From contig OZ024742.1 of assembly GCA_964016885.1 (NCBI GenBank), positions 327,608,001 through 327,672,000 on the forward strand: a stretch of 64,000 nucleotides of DNA, read 5' to 3'. Both the position numbers and the translations under genes were made by a program. Origin of the DNA: Eledone cirrhosa. Taxonomy: Eukaryota. The notes beneath the pieces are model-generated. The model had not been told where the DNA came from. It searched no databases and saw only the letters and a list, made by a program, of their open reading frames with translations. Below are positions 41,471 through 56,262 of the stretch, piece by piece. Within the stretch, counting starts at the first letter, position 1; every line of letters begins with the position of its first letter.

Positions 41471-41759
41471 TCCATTCATGCATTGGAATTAGAGATCCCA
41501 GTCATATCTTAGGCTTTGGTCCATTAAAATTTAGATTTATGTTAGGTATATTTGTGGTGATGACTCAAAATATGCCATCAGTTTTGTCATGTATCTAGTT
41601 TTAGGGATATAGCATACCCCTTTTACATGCTGTCGTATCCACTCTAGGGCTAAAATTAAGGACCCCCAATACCACCTTACATTTTATTACATTAGAATCT
41701 AAGTCTATCGTCGGATATATCTGAACTACGGAAAATGAAAGGAAGGGCAAGGACTCTAG

Positions 41760-42030
41760 GGTCACAGAAAAATGGGAGGGGAAAGAGGGAGGGTGAATGG
41801 CTCTAGGCCTAGGCGTGGTGGTGTTGGGACTGCACCCCGCGAACAACACCACAAAAGCATTTCCATGGACAATGGTCAGCAACACCCGCTGCAACATACA
41901 CCTCACCTGGCGGGGCTCATCAGTCGGGCTGCTGACGTTACGATCTTGCAGGGAAGCTCGGCACTGCTGGGTCCATGTACACCCGAGGTCTCGACGGCGA
42001 CCTGTGCGGAGAGGACACGACCAGACTTCT
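41760..42030 (-). mobile_element. CRE-like RLE 3' fragment (related copy 62700-62947-)
   Basis: AVETSGVHGP..EPRQV..LQRVLLTIVHGNAFVVL. Confidence 0.65.
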
Positions 42031-43653
42031 AAAACGTCCGTCAAATTTGCCCTATCAGCTCTAATTAATGATGGTAAAAAATGTTAATGCTTTTAATATA
42101 AGCTATTAAAAAAACACAATTTATTAAATGAGTTTATTTTAGAGCAAAGATTGACTATGCAACACATTAGTATCTATCGTAATTGGAACTAAACATATTC
42201 CTAAACCAAACGAAATCGTCATTCGACAAACAAATACGTCTTTTATAGGACCTTGTAGAGCATGACTTGCTAGAACTGTCCCTTTGAAGGTTCCTGTAGT
42301 AATCTACCATTATACATGTATCCAACTTTTCCTTATATCTCTCTTCCATTGTTGATTTTCGCTTAAATCACAAAACTTTTATGGAAAGCAATCTAAACGA
42401 CTGTAGGGGTAATGAACCTTGATGTTCATGTTACAATCAATCTTAATGAAATTAAAGAGCATGTCTTCTACTATTTCAGTGAAGTTGTCTGCCTGATGGT
42501 TACCAAGAGAGTTTCTGATCACGGCAACAAATGAAAACCACACAAATTACTATGTGCTATCCATTAAATCTATGAAATATGATTTTTGTAATGGCTCCCT
42601 TATCTGGGGACCATAATAAATTTAAGTGTTTCTGAGCTTAATCCATGGGATTTACTGCTTAAGTAGCGAAACCAGATACTTTCTTTGTTCAATGCCTTTA
42701 CTTTTAGATTTTATGTTGAAATGAACTGTGATTGTTTGACTAGCATGTACTATGATTATAGCAGAACATTATGGTGAGGCAAATCTGATACCATATTTTG
42801 AAATCAATAATCCAAGTATACTCCAAAATAAGCCTACATTCTAAGGCCCCAAAATGTAAGTTGCTAATTTCAATGCACAAAAGGATATAGAAGCATATAA
42901 AAGGGTTTACTCTAGGTCTAAACCTAGAGGCGGTAGAGCAAAATTGATGGCATATTTGGAATCAGTGCTAAACAATATACATAATAGATTTAATTTCCTA
43001 GGTAGCAAAATGTGTTGATCAGTGTAATCAAAGACAAGCCAGCCATGACCATCCTGTTTTATATTCAGGAATATTGTACCCAAGACTATATCCTCCAATG
43101 AGTCACGTATTAAAACGATCGGGGTAGGGATATTTCATTTTCCCCGAACATAACAGGTATGTGTTCTTCACATCTTAAGATGGGAAGGAGACTATAGTTA
43201 TTTTTAGCAGATCGAGCGATTTTGTAGAGGATTCATCACTGTAATTCGTTCTAACTGATAATATGGTTAACTGTCGTATATAATAACACACATTCGCACA
43301 CGTATTTCTCTGTGTGTGCGTGTTGTTTGCAGATAGCTAACTAACTGTATATATATATATTGTGTGTTAGTTTAGCCTATATATATATATATTGTGTGTT
43401 AGTTTAGCCTACCACAATGTTCGATTTGTCAAGCTATTTAAACGTATGTTATAACTCTGAGACCTATCTTATCGAGTGCTTTGCTAACTCATCACTTCAT
43501 ATAAGTAGGCCGAATTTACTTGCAAACCGCCAGAGATAGAGAGAGAGAGAGTTAATTAGTTAGATAGATAGATACAAGTAGGTAGGTAGTTAGGTTGGTA
43601 GCTAAGTGGATGGGTAGGTAGGTTCGTACATAAATAAATAAATAAATAAATAA

Positions 43654-43764
<111 letters not shown>

Positions 43765-43890
43765 CCTAACTGAGGACGATAGCAGCCGGCGTGTTTTGGC
43801 TGCTTAATCTTCGTATGAGGGACAACACTCTAGTGAGTGAACATCGTTAAGTTTTCTCCCTCATATCAAGGATTTGAAGACAATTCATTT

Positions 43891-43964
43891 TCACCTGACG
43901 AGATCAGTGATAATCGATCATGGCCGCACGATCGATCTATCTCTTATTGAAACATGTGTCGTGA
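43891..43964 (+). ncRNA. Type I hammerhead ribozyme
   Basis: tcac-CTGACGA-gatcag..cttatt-GAAA-catgtg-TC-gtga, overlapping ATTAAA. The element starts after a long (TA)n. Confidence 0.82.
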
Positions 43965-44373
43965 TTAAAATGATTGGAAATTTATACCATGCCTTCGGAT
44001 TCAAATACTCCGTTTTACATCATCTAGCTGTTCCCATAAATGGAATTGGAGATATACAAAAGCGTGGAGAACTTAATATTGCTAACAAAAGTTTATTGGA
44101 CCGTATGACATAACCAATAATACACCTTACTATATACCAACTATATATTACCCACTCTACTACCCTAAGTATTGAGGACGTTGGTGCGTTATGGTCCACC
44201 TGGTTCCGTACCACATTTCCTTCGTTATTTATATAACGAAGGAAATATATATAAAATTGAACGGGAACAAAACAGAGAGGCAGTACAAACAAAGGTTTAT
44301 TAGTTTCACGCTATTGAGAATGGGGGGGGGGGGGGGTAGAGAGAGAGAGAGAGAGGGAGAGAGAGAGAGTTAT

Positions 44374-44420
<47 letters not shown>

Positions 44421-44694
44421 CATTTCTTTATTAGCCAAAAGAAGGGGACAAAAGAAGGGGACAAAAGAAGGGCACAAAAGAAGGGGACAAAAGAAGGGGA
44501 CAAATACAAATGGGGAGTTTACTTACAGGTATATGAAAATAAAGCTATTAATACAATAACAAATAACAATTGAAATCTCCAATAGGGGGAGGTGTTACAC
44601 AGGGGTTGTACACACCCCGAAAAAATGTACAACCCTCATCTGCAGGACCACCAAGAGTGAGTACTCCCTTCCTCTCTTCCTCTTTTTCCTCAAC

Positions 44695-47600
44695 CTACAG
44701 GCTTATATACAGAGAAGGCCCAACCACTCGGGTCATCTTTGCCACATTCACCCACCTTTTATAAAATTTGCTGGGGTACATCACCTCTCTCTCCATCCTG
44801 ATTCTTCTTCCAAAATGATATTTGAAAAAACGAATCAGTTTCTCGCCGGAGAGAAAGGTGTCTGACCTCAGCCCTTTTAACCTCGTCCACCATATAACCT
44901 CTTTTACCATAGCCATAACACATAGGAAAACTGCCTCTCCCTCGTTTTTGAAGGAGGGTGGTGGTTTGATCATGACAATGGACTTGGTGGTCAACTGGAT
45001 TGGTCCCACCCGCGACAATAGTCGTTCTACATAGACCCACAGGTCGGTAACGCCCGGGCAGTGTACAAATGCGCGTGCGACGGTTTCCTCGTCGCGCACG
45101 CATCTCGGACAGATCTTTTTCGAAGTTTCCCTACCTGGGTGCCCGTGTTTGTAGAGCTTGTCTCGAACTGGTAGAGCTCCTCGGTAGCACTGCCAGGCCA
45201 GGGACTTTTGGAAGTTGTACATTGGTCCCGGGCGGAAGGTCCTACCGAACAGACTGGCCAGTTCTTCCTCCTCTACGCCTAGAGTTTCTCCGAGTGTGTC
45301 GTCGCACTTGCTGCGGACCAACCCTCTATAGAATGTCGAAGTGGAGTCTCCACTGATCGCCGGGTCAGTTTGCCAGAGGACTGTGAGCGCCTGAGCACAT
45401 TCGATGTGCCAGTCGCCCATTTTCCTCGGGGTTTGCTTGACCCAGGACTGCAGCTCCGTCAGCGAGACGAGTCGTGGGAAGGCTCGCCTCACGAACGGGG
45501 CCCACACCGGTTGTCTGGTGAGGAATACGTGGAGGTGCCGCAGCCTGAGCGCGTGTTTGCTCATCGTCAGCCACGGAATCTTCAGCCCTCCGTTTGAAGG
45601 GTGTTGGCAGCAGGATCTTCTCACCAAAGGAGCCAGTTTCTTCCAAAGGATTTGGAAGAGCGCGCGCTCCATTTTGGTGAGCGTTTTGGCTGTACAAGGC
45701 ACAACGATCAAGCGGTATAGATGACAGACGCTATAAAAGTGTTCGCCACCTCCGCTCAACCTTTCAAGGATAGTTTGCACTCGGCCCACTTCTGGGTGAG
45801 CTCAAACACCTTGGCCGTCTCCTCGTTCCAGTTCTTCTCCACCTGGAGGTCAGGACCAAACCAGACCCCGAGCAGCTTTACCGGTCCTTCCGTCCAGCGT
45901 CCGACGACGTCATCAGAAGACATCGGTTTGCCTCTCCACGTTCCGAGTTGCAAACCGATGGATTTGTCCCGGTTCAGCTTCGCCCCTGTGAACCTTTCGT
46001 ATTCCTCCAGTAAGGTGCCGATCTCCCCAATTTGCGAGGTGCTCGAAACCATTACTGTCACGTCGTTGGCGTAGGCCGACGCCGCTTTTCGCAGTCCCGG
46101 TTCCAAAGGGATGCCCTGCAATAGCTCCAACTTCCGCAGTAGTGGCTCAAGAGTCAGTACGTACAGAAGGGAGGAGAGAGGGCATCCCTGTCGGATGGAT
46201 CGCGTGATATGGAACGGCTCCGAGAGGTAACCGTTCACCTTGACCCTTGAGCATTTGTTGCTGTTGTGCATTGCAGCAATCCAGCCCCTGAACACGGGAC
46301 CGAAGCCTGCCGCCTCGAGCACCGCATCCAGTTAACGATGGTTAACCCTATCGAAAGGCTTAGACTGATCCAAGTTGATCAGGCCCCCACCGAAGCCGGG
46401 TTTACACCCTACCCTCTCTATCATGTATCGCATGATGTGGAGGTTGTCGTGTATGGACCTGGTCGGGATTGCGCATGTCTGCGCTTCTCCCACCAGGTTT
46501 TCGACGACAAGAGCCAGCCTCTTTGCCAACATCTTGGCCCAAATCTGTAACTCTGTGTTGAGCAGAGTTATAGGCCGGACGTTTCCTATGTCATCCCCCT
46601 TGTTCTCGTCCTTCCTGACTAACGTGATTACGTCCTTGGTCACAGAACTGGGAATTCTCCCGTTCTGCTGCCAGTTGCAGTAGACCGCTTCCAGGAGACC
46701 GGAGAACAAGTCCGGCATTGCTACGTAAAATTCGTAGGGTAGACCGTCGAGACCTGGAGATTTGCGTTTGCCGCATTGGCTCAGCGCGTCCCCTATCTCA
46801 GTGGCCGAAATCGGCCTTTCGCAGAACTTCGCCTCGCTGTCCGAGAGTCGCGGTAGGCTGTCGAGGTATGGACCGAAATCCATATCCCCCCTTCCCCCCG
46901 GCGCGCCGACCTGCCCGAACAGTTGAGCAAAGTGCCGCTGAAAGGCCGCGCACATTTGCTTCGGCTCACGTATCGCGCGTCCTTCAAAGACCGAATCGTG
47001 GACTTGTTGCCACTTCTCGCCTCCGTCACCCGGGCCCAGCTAACAGCTTTGGCTCCCTCGTTTCCCAGAGCACGTATTTTGCTTCTGACAACGCAGCCTT
47101 CATGCTTTGCGTCGAAGAACTGGTCCAAGGCCGTTCTCGTCGCTAGCACGCTGGCTACGTTTCCACTCCTTAGTGCCTCTTCTACTTTATCTACCAGTTC
47201 CTTTTCGGTCTTATTTCTATCTAACACTAATTCTTTACTAAAACCTATCGAGTCTAATCTAACTGCCCTCTTGAGAGAGTACCACCATATGTTGTTGACA
47301 ATGGCCCCCGTCAAGTGCTGCTTAACTAAAGTGCTAATCCGTCTACTGTAGGCTTTGCATGTCGGTAACGACAAGTTCAGCTTCCAATAGCCGGGTCCCT
47401 GTCTATGGGTTTTGTCAAGGTTGACTGAGCAGGTCACTAATTTGTGATCTGAATAGGCAACCATGAACATTTGTGGACAGCTTGACATATTCCTATCCTT
47501 CTTTCTAACTAGAACCCTATCTAGGTACGATCTAGATGTTCCGCTGAGATTAGTCCAAGTCCACAGTGGCACAGTCGGAAAATCTAGTCGATATCTATCG

Positions 47601-48123
47601 GCCAGGCCAAATCGGCCGATTAACTGTTTGAGGCTGTTACACCCCCTCTATCGGGACATGCTCCCACATAGTCCCAACGTGCATCTAGGATTCCATTCCA
47701 GTCCCCCACTAACAGCATGGAGCGGGACGTTCCCAGAAAAGTCTCTAGACGTTTGAAGAAGTCTGGCCGCGGTGTCCCGGATGGGGCATATGCGGCCACC
47801 AGCCTGAAGGCTCCACCTTCACTACCGTCAACATCTAGGACCACCAGTCGACCCTCCGGGTCCAGATGTACCGTCTGTGTTACGAGGTCCAGGTGTTACC
47901 GCAGCAAAACGGCAACCCCACCCCCACTTCCCGGCTGACAGAGAGATGCGTAGATCTCAAAGTCGTCGAAGATGGGGGCCAGTTGTCGTTCGCTGTGGAT
48001 CCTGGACTCGCAAATGGCTACTACATCCATACTGTGCGACCTGAGGTCGTTTAAGAGTTTGCCCTGTTTCCAGGGTATCCCCAGGCCGCGTACGTTGACA
48101 CATCCAACTCCTATATTGGCCAT
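44695..48123 (-). pseudogene. LINE ORF2 (APE-RT-zinc finger), multiple frameshifts
   Basis: MANIGVGCVNVRGL, GDWN, YSDH, SPGLDG, RQGCPLS, YANDV (catalytic D mutated), CPRC. Confidence 0.93.
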
Positions 48124-48336
48124 GTTGGTGCTGAAATTTAAAAGACAAATAAAAGAAATCACTCACCTCTTCGTCTCCTGGGGACCAGGCTGCACAATTT
48201 CCATGGGGGTGTTGGAGGGGTTGTTTGGTGGGGTGGTGGTCTCTGGCGGTGTGGGACGGAGATGTTTGGTGGGGAGGGGGTGTCATGTGGGTGGGGATGT
48301 CTGGGGTGGGAGTGTCTGGGTGGGGGTGGGGAACCA

Positions 48337-50082
48337 TTACAAAAGGACGCGTTTATAGGGTTTGACGCAGGGGTTACCTACGTCGTTAGGAAACTTTTCT
48401 TTTAACTGTTTATGTGTGTCCATGGAGATCCTAATCATTTTAAGATTAGGATTCTCCGCAGAGTGTGTAAAAGTTTTCCCTTCGGTCTCCACCGAAGGGT
48501 TTTTATATATGGTGTCTGTTAAAGTTTTATTGTTAGTATTTATGTAGGTGTAACATTTTTGTTGTGTTGTGTTGCTTTTTTTTCTGTGGTTCTTGTGTGT
48601 GTTTACGTTTTGTAGTAGGTGTTTTGTTTTCAGGAGGGGGTGTTTTTGTGTGTGCTGTTTGCGTCGCTTGTATTGGTGTTTGTGTGTTTGTTGCATTTTT
48701 GGTTGTGTTATGTCTTTTCTTTTTTCTTTTTACTGATCTGAAAGGCTCTCCCTCATCGTCACCCAGTGACGATGATGAGGCCTCATCCGTGTTGTTGGGG
48801 AGGGGTACATTTTGAAGAACTGTTATGTGTGTGGGTGTTTCTGGAGTTGTTTTAGGTGGGGAGGGGTTGGGTGGGACTGTGTTTGCTGTTTGGTTTGTTT
48901 TTGTGTGTTGTTGTTGTTGTGGTGGTGGTTGTGTTGTTGTGTTGGGTGTCGGCAGAAGTGCCTTTTTTTAATGCAGTTAATTGAGGACAGGAAGCCCTCA
49001 GGTGACCACTGCTTAAACAGTGGTAACATGAAGGCCGCCTACCCTCAACAGAAATGTTTATGTAGGAATTTCCATCCAGAGGCATACGTTGTGGTATTCT
49101 AGCTATCTGTTCTGGTCTCATTTGGACCAGAACTTCTAAGCTTGTACCGTTGAATATGCCCCTGGAGGACTTTCCTACCGAAATTACTGTATCTTTATCA
49201 AAATTGATGAAACCAGCTATTATCCACCAGATATTTACATTTGGTGTGATGTTTGTTATTTTTATTTTTTGGGTCCTTTTTCCCATGTATGTGGGGAAAA
49301 AGGTGTAGAGGGGGGACACAATTGGCGACACAGAATATTTCTGTGCCGTCAATTGGTCTTTCATTATTATTGATAAGCTTCCGAAGAGTTTTCCCTTCTG
49401 TATGAAGGCAATGTCCTTCATGGAGTTTCTTAGAAACAACTCAATTTCGTTTTGAGTTAATTGAGCTGGTTTTCTGGTGGTATTTGAGGTTGTCCTAAAA
49501 ACTATGGTTTTCAGGGCAGTGTCTCTACGCAATTCTTGTGGAGAAGTGATGCTAAAAGCGCCATTCTCCCCAAAAGTTATATATTGCTTGGCATCTCTTA
49601 GCAATTCTCCGGCATTAGAGATGTCAATCTGTGTATATAGTTCTGTATTTTGAACAGTTTGTGCAAACGAAACCTTTTTTCCTTGTTTGTGGAGTTGTTC
49701 TTGTTGGTGTTGTTGTCATTATTGTTGCTGCTGTTGGTGTTGTTGTCATCATTGTTGCTGTTGTTGTTGTTGTCATTGTTGTTGTTGTCATTGTTGTTGT
49801 TGTTGTTTTGTAGTTCTCAATTGCTTGATCTGTGGTTGCGGAATTAATTTGTGAAGTGTTTTTGTTCATAGCATTGTTGTTATTGTTGTTGTTGGGGCCG
49901 CTGGTTGTGTTGTTTTGGTTTGTTGCCATGGCAACGTCAAGTTGTCGGTCAGCAGGTGGAGAACATTTTTCCTCTGGCTGACCTTTGTCTTTGACATCTG
50001 CTACTATGACAGTGGCAGGGGGAAGCTGTAAGCATATCTTCCCTTTTCCTCCTTCGAATGTTGGTGAAGAAGCTTCACCCAT
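48337..50082 (-). pseudogene. LINE ORF1 with CCHC zinc knuckle, frameshifted
   Basis: CYHCLSSGHLRASC, low-complexity T/N-rich flanks, located upstream of ORF2. Confidence 0.8.
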
Positions 50083-51440
50083 TTTTAAAAAATGTTAGCT
50101 TTTCCCAAAAAAACTTTTATGTACTATTTCGCCTAAAGGCGTAGAATATTTTGAGAGACTGGCCAGATCAAAATTTGACCTGGCAGTCCCTCTACAAGTT
50201 GATATAAAAATGAAGGTTCACAGTTAGGAATTTCTATAGAAATTTAGGCAGAACTTACCCAGCAAGTTTCACGCGTGTGTCCATCCCAGATAGAATAGAT
50301 AGATAGATATATAGATAGATAGATACATAGATACACAGTCATACATTCTCAATTCATTTGCCGTAAGTCACAAATTTCCCACAGAGCTTATATGGAAGAG
50401 AAATTACCCATCCAGCCAAAAAACATTACTATTACATCTTCCACGCCACAATAAACACAGACCACTGAACAGCGGACCAATATCACTTCTCACCAGCAAC
50501 AAAAACAACCAACAAAGATTCCATCACTATATAAATATATGTATATCTATATATTCAATATTTGTTAATATTGACTGTGTTTACTTCGAAGTTTCGCCGA
50601 AATAATCAATCACTATTATGTTGGTTATATGTGACCGTAATTCAGTGCATGTTTAGGATCACAATGCACATCTTCGATTGGATCTCATGACCTTACAATT
50701 GGGAGACATGCAGCATAACCACTAAGCCACGATATCAAGGACAATAAAGAAGCGAACAATGAGATGCTGCCTACAAAAACATGACATGAATTCTAGATAT
50801 CAATTAAAAAGCCATTGACACACTAACAGCTAGATTGGAAACCGTATACTTTGTTCTAATCTTGATACGTCTAACATTCAGATAATTATGTATGGAACAT
50901 CTGAATGACGCATGTAACAGATTTTGAGGGAATATAAATTGTTATCTTAGTTTAAAGAAAAAAAATACGTAGGAGCATTTGTTAGCGGCTTCCAAATAAA
51001 TCTACATTCAAGGTCAACATTTCGCTATTATTCTTTTCGTCCTTCCTGGTCGCGTGACTCCTGATAGAGCCGTAAGGGAACCGTATTGACATGCGGCGTT
51101 TCTTGGGCATTTTAAGCCTAGCAGAGGCCATCCTTCTCCAGGCCTGAGTGCAGCAGATTTCTTCCATAGAAAGTGAGAGAAAGAGATATAGAGGAAGAAT
51201 CGACCCCAGTACAGTATCGTAATTCGTACAAAAACATCATACAAAACGCACCATCACTCCAATCGACAAATCATTTACTTTCACAAAGGCAACAGCTTTC
51301 TTAAAATTAGATCACTTAGAGAGTTAAAAAAACAATACCATGCGTTCGGCCGACCCACTGTATCATGAAAAGAAAATCTTTTTCGGGGAAATTATTGGAT
51401 TTTTCCAAATTTAAACTTCCAATGCTTATTTTAGGTTTTG

Positions 51441-51498
51441 CCGTCTGAAGAGCCCAGGCTATCATAATTGATAGACCTCAGTGAAATATGTATAACGG
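51441..51498 (+). ncRNA. Type I hammerhead ribozyme
   Basis: ccgt-CTGAAGA-gc..ctatc/gatag..gt-GAAA-tatgta-TA-acgg, then AATAAA and GCTC..GAGC. Confidence 0.85.
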
Positions 51499-51682
51499 AG
51501 TTTTAAATAAACCTGAATGAACTGAATATGGTCTCCGATCTTTTATTAATATATAATGCTCCGACTTGCACCATTTCTACAGGTCGTTGAGCGCTTCTTT
51601 CTATCTGCTTCACAACCGACAGACCATAATGTGATCCGCACATCTCTGTTCTTGGTTAACCCCATACTCTCTCTCTCTCTCA

Positions 51683-51766
<84 letters not shown>

Positions 51767-51782
51767 CTCTCTCTCTCTCCCC

Positions 51783-51831
<49 letters not shown>

Positions 51832-51841
51832 TCTCTCTCTC

Positions 51842-51881
<40 letters not shown>

Positions 51882-51903
51882 CATATAAATATACATATAT
51901 ACA

Positions 51904-52002
<99 letters not shown>

Positions 52003-52874
52003 CTGTGTGTAATAAATGGCTGATAAGTTTCAGAAAGCCGGTTGAATGCGGTAGAAATATATAAAGGACAAAGGGTTAAAAATAAAACAAAACAAAGTAA
52101 TATTTTACCCAGTATATTTCAACATGATATTTCAAAAAAGGTTCAAAACCAAACCGAACGATCAATGTGTTCTTCCATAACTAGTCCACGTCTCTGTAAT
52201 ACACATTGTGGAGCTTATATAGTAGCCAGTCTGCTTCGTGCATTTCCAATCTATTATTTATCTGTGTCCTTTTCTTGTTGATCATAGTTGTCTCGTTGAA
52301 CCATAAAATTCCCGCATTCCTTTCCGTTGCCTTTATGTTGACTTCAATGTCTCGGCTACGTCATCTGCCAAGATGTTTTTTGACAGATTGTTTTGTCGTT
52401 ATGAGCTCCTTGATCCGTGTGTGCAGCCTCCTCATACATCTGAAGTAACGTCTGGTTGCTACACATACGGATCAATGAGCACATTACGACGAGAGCTTGA
52501 TAAGGACTTATAATAAATTTGTATTGTACACAAGCTCCATTATTGACAACAACATCTTAAATGTAGACATTCCTTGCAACTTTAAAAACACGGAGTAACG
52601 TTCTCTTGATCAGATTGATGAATATTGATATATATATATAACCACCAAAAATAACCAATGTCCAGGATATTTACATATTCAAATCCGATGATGAGCTACA
52701 ATAAAACAAACATATAAGTCTGAAAATGGAGAATACGTGGTGTTTTCAATAATGTCTATGAAACTGGCAGTTTTTTAAAAATAATATATTACTAATACCG
52801 TGTATTAAAATATATGAATTATCTTTATATTTACATATAAACATAATATAAAATCACACTCAAGCAACTACACT

Positions 52875-52933
<59 letters not shown>

Positions 52934-53469
52934 TGTGCTTGTGTATGTGTGTGTGCAGACAGATACCCTCACTCACATATGTATATATAAGCGACAACAA
53001 GGAAGTGAAAATGAAATGCTGGCTACATTAATTTAATTAAGATGTCATTGACACACTGACGACTATACTGGAAACTATATACATTTTCCTAATCTTGATA
53101 ACTCTAATATTTAGATAACTATGTTTGGAGCGGTTGAATGATATTTGCATAAAACAAGCACAAACAAACAACAAACAAACAACAAACAAACGAATAAAAT
53201 AGATATTTTCCTCATAGTTAAAGTAAACAAAACATGACATTTGTTTGCTATTTACAAATAAAAGGGTCATTAATTGTAATAAAAGAAGAATTAAAAAAAA
53301 ACAACAACATAATATTGCTTTATGTTGAAGGGAAAATCTAATCTTTGTTGGTCGAGTAACGGCAAAGAGTATGTTTCGATCATACTGGGTCTCGTCAACA
53401 GCCCTCGTGCATCACCATTAACTTGAAATCGCATACATACATACATACATACATACATACATACAGACA

Positions 53470-53814
53470 TACATATATGATGGTTGAGCCCTCGTTATCG
53501 AATATGGCCATTGCACGATATAACATTATTAATAATTATAAATGAATGCTATCGTGCAATGCCTGTGAAGATTTTGTTTCAAGTGAGGAAAGACTGTGCA
53601 CTGAGCCAATCCCACTCTCTGAGCAACAGAGCAACTGATAAGAAAATATCAACATAATCGGTAACTACTGAACCGCCAACATCACCACTTCTCCTAGAAG
53701 AATGCCCTGACAAAGGCTAGGGGGTCCTTCACTCCCAGTGGTTTAACCGCACGATCGTGTATCAAGCCCGATTATTTCTATGCCCCCGCGCATATACATA
53801 CACATGTATACATG

Positions 53815-53861
<47 letters not shown>

Positions 53862-53876
53862 GCACACGCACGCACG

Positions 53877-53970
<94 letters not shown>

Positions 53971-54951
53971 CATATATACATGTATATACGTATTTACACA
54001 TTTTTGAATGGCCGTTGACTCTTATGAGTTCTATCGCCCTTTGTCTGGTTTTGTTTTTTTGTCCTGCAAGGTGTCCAAAATCACCCCCCTCACCAAGTAA
54101 ACTATGTATGTATGTATGTATGTATGTATGTATGTATGTATGTATGTATGTATGTATGTATATATGTATGTATGTATGTATGTGTGTGTGCATGGTCGGG
54201 CCGTCGGCGACTAAACCGGCAACCTCACCAATTAAACTTGGTGAGGTTACCGGTGTAGTCGCCGTCGGCCCGACAATGCACACACACACACACATACATA
54301 CATACATGGTGGTGGCTGCCAACTCGTTTTCGAGTACGGCCACTACTTTATATCCATGTAGGAGAACCCCTACCGATGCGCTGAACGAGTGTGACTTTTT
54401 AGTCCAGTCAGCGACTTGAAAACTCTGGTACAAACACTACACTTGTGACAATTATTGACACATAGTGCTGGGCCCATGGTACCATGTGACGACAAGTGCA
54501 GAGAGATCTCCAGATATAAAGCAATAACTGTGCCGTGAAGCTTTTATAGTGAGCAAAGGCACTGCACAAAGCCAGTCCCACTCTCTTCTCTTAACCAAGA
54601 TGATATTTACCAAAAAGAAGAACAAGTCAACATCATTGGATACCATCAGGATTGCAGGTGTTATATCAGAGTTTTCCTTCTCCTAGAATTCTGCCTTGAC
54701 AAAGGCTAAGGGGTCATCTCTCCCAGTGATTTTGGATGGCCATTGACTCTTAAGCGCTCCTTTGCCCTTTGACAGGTTTTGTTTTTAGTCCTGCAGGATG
54801 TCCAAAGTCACCCTCCTCACCAAGAAACCTTGGTGGGGTTGCCAGTTTAGTCGCCAACGACCCGACCTACATGCATACATACATACATACATACATACAT
54901 ACATAAATACATACATACATACATACATACATACATACATACATACATACA

Positions 54952-54984
<33 letters not shown>

Positions 54985-55540
54985 GTGTATGTAATATTCT
55001 CGATACTATGATTTGTTCGGTTGAGTTGCTTTGGTTGGTCGGGTGAGGTGCTTCTATTTTTAGCATCCTGCCGCCAACCTATCATAATAGCCTGTTTTTG
55101 TCAGATATTTCAGATATCTAATACGAGAGCATATAACTAACTTGGCTTCGACTCACTTTAGAGTTGACGAGAATTTTTCGGCTATTAACAGGTCGGCTTA
55201 CAAATCTGATCCCAGTCTTAATTTGCTGATTATCAATTTCTTATAATTGTAATTAGCATTTTTTTTCATGGGTGAAACGCTTGCGGTCCAGGTGTTGAAA
55301 TATATGTTTGTAACTGTTTCTGCGTTACATTCTTAAACTTCTTAGATTTCTTAAACTTGTTAGTCCTTGCTAGGGGCTTGCCTATGGTTATCAATACCAT
55401 GCATCGCAAAAAAAATGGCATATATGAAGCGATGCCTGACTTGAAGGTGTTTTAAGTGAGGAAGGATTTGCACGGGGCCAATCCAACTCTCTGAACATCA
55501 AATGCCCCAAAAGAAGAACTAGTCTATATCATTGGACGCA
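53470..55540. repeat. Cluster of an unclassified interspersed repeat associated with (CATA)n, with hairpin 54181-54290
   Basis: Homologous blocks 53575-53742, 54535-54730, 55435-55537; 54007-54102 vs 54737-54826. Confidence 0.6.
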
Positions 55541-55586
55541 AATGAAGTCTCGGGTTTTATATAAGAGTGACATTCTCATGTATATA

Positions 55587-55713
<127 letters not shown>

Positions 55714-56121
55714 TGCTAACTAGAAAAATATGTCCGAATTCTCGGTATCAAAATGTCATTGACACACTGACAGCGATATTGGAAACTATATTTCATAATC
55801 TTGATACCTCTAATATTTAGATAACTATGTATGGAACGACACAAACAAATCTTAATAAATAGAGCTTTTCTTCTTAGAAACTTAAAGAAAAGAAAGCCTA
55901 GCCGCATTTGTTAGCGATTCATAAAGAAAAAAAAATGAGAGACAATTTCAATAAATTAAAAATTAATGAAAACAAAACTAAATTCGATTGAGGTATTTAT
56001 TCCAGTTTAGTATATGCTTCACTGATCTTTTCGTCGGACTGCTAAATTATGAGACATAAGACTACATAATATATAGAATAGCCCTGCTTAAATTAAGAAT
56101 TTGAATTGGTGCTACAATCGG

Positions 56122-56262
56122 GATTACAAGCGCCCGAAATGGGGTTTCTTCAAAGGGTCTTTGGAGTAACCTTACTCGATAAAGTGCGTAGCTCAGAGAT
56201 CAGATAGTCACTCCAGATAGAGTTGCTACTTCTCCGAATTGACAATGTATTGTTCAATCTGA
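56122..56262 (+). mobile_element. RTE-type RT C-terminal fragment
   Basis: LQAPEMGFLQRVFGVTLLDKVRSSEIR*SLQIE. Confidence 0.7.

Larger units (their letters stand above)
41089..43024 (-). mobile_element. Chapaev3-like (CMC) DNA transposon relic with nested insertions
   Basis: Ends cactggtcaa / ttgatcagtg with inverted subterminal motifs. Minus translation of 42270-42612: GPQIRE..WFSF..LGN..CNMNIKVHY..LDCFP..MEERY..MVDY. Confidence 0.75.
44421..50287 (-). mobile_element. Full-length (about 5.9 kb) decayed Tx1/L1-clade LINE in (GATA)n
   Basis: 5'UTR, ORF1, ORF2, and a 3'UTR with a 13-bp tandem repeat (44437-44503). (GATA)n on both flanks. Confidence 0.93.

Noticed and set aside
43770-43855. CTGAGGA followed by a hairpin as an extra hammerhead
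   Set aside because: No properly placed GAAA or stem I.
52340-52572. Imperfect inverted repeat (about 52395-52429/52455-52490)
   Set aside because: Probably an old MITE. Termini could not be defined and there is no ribozyme core.
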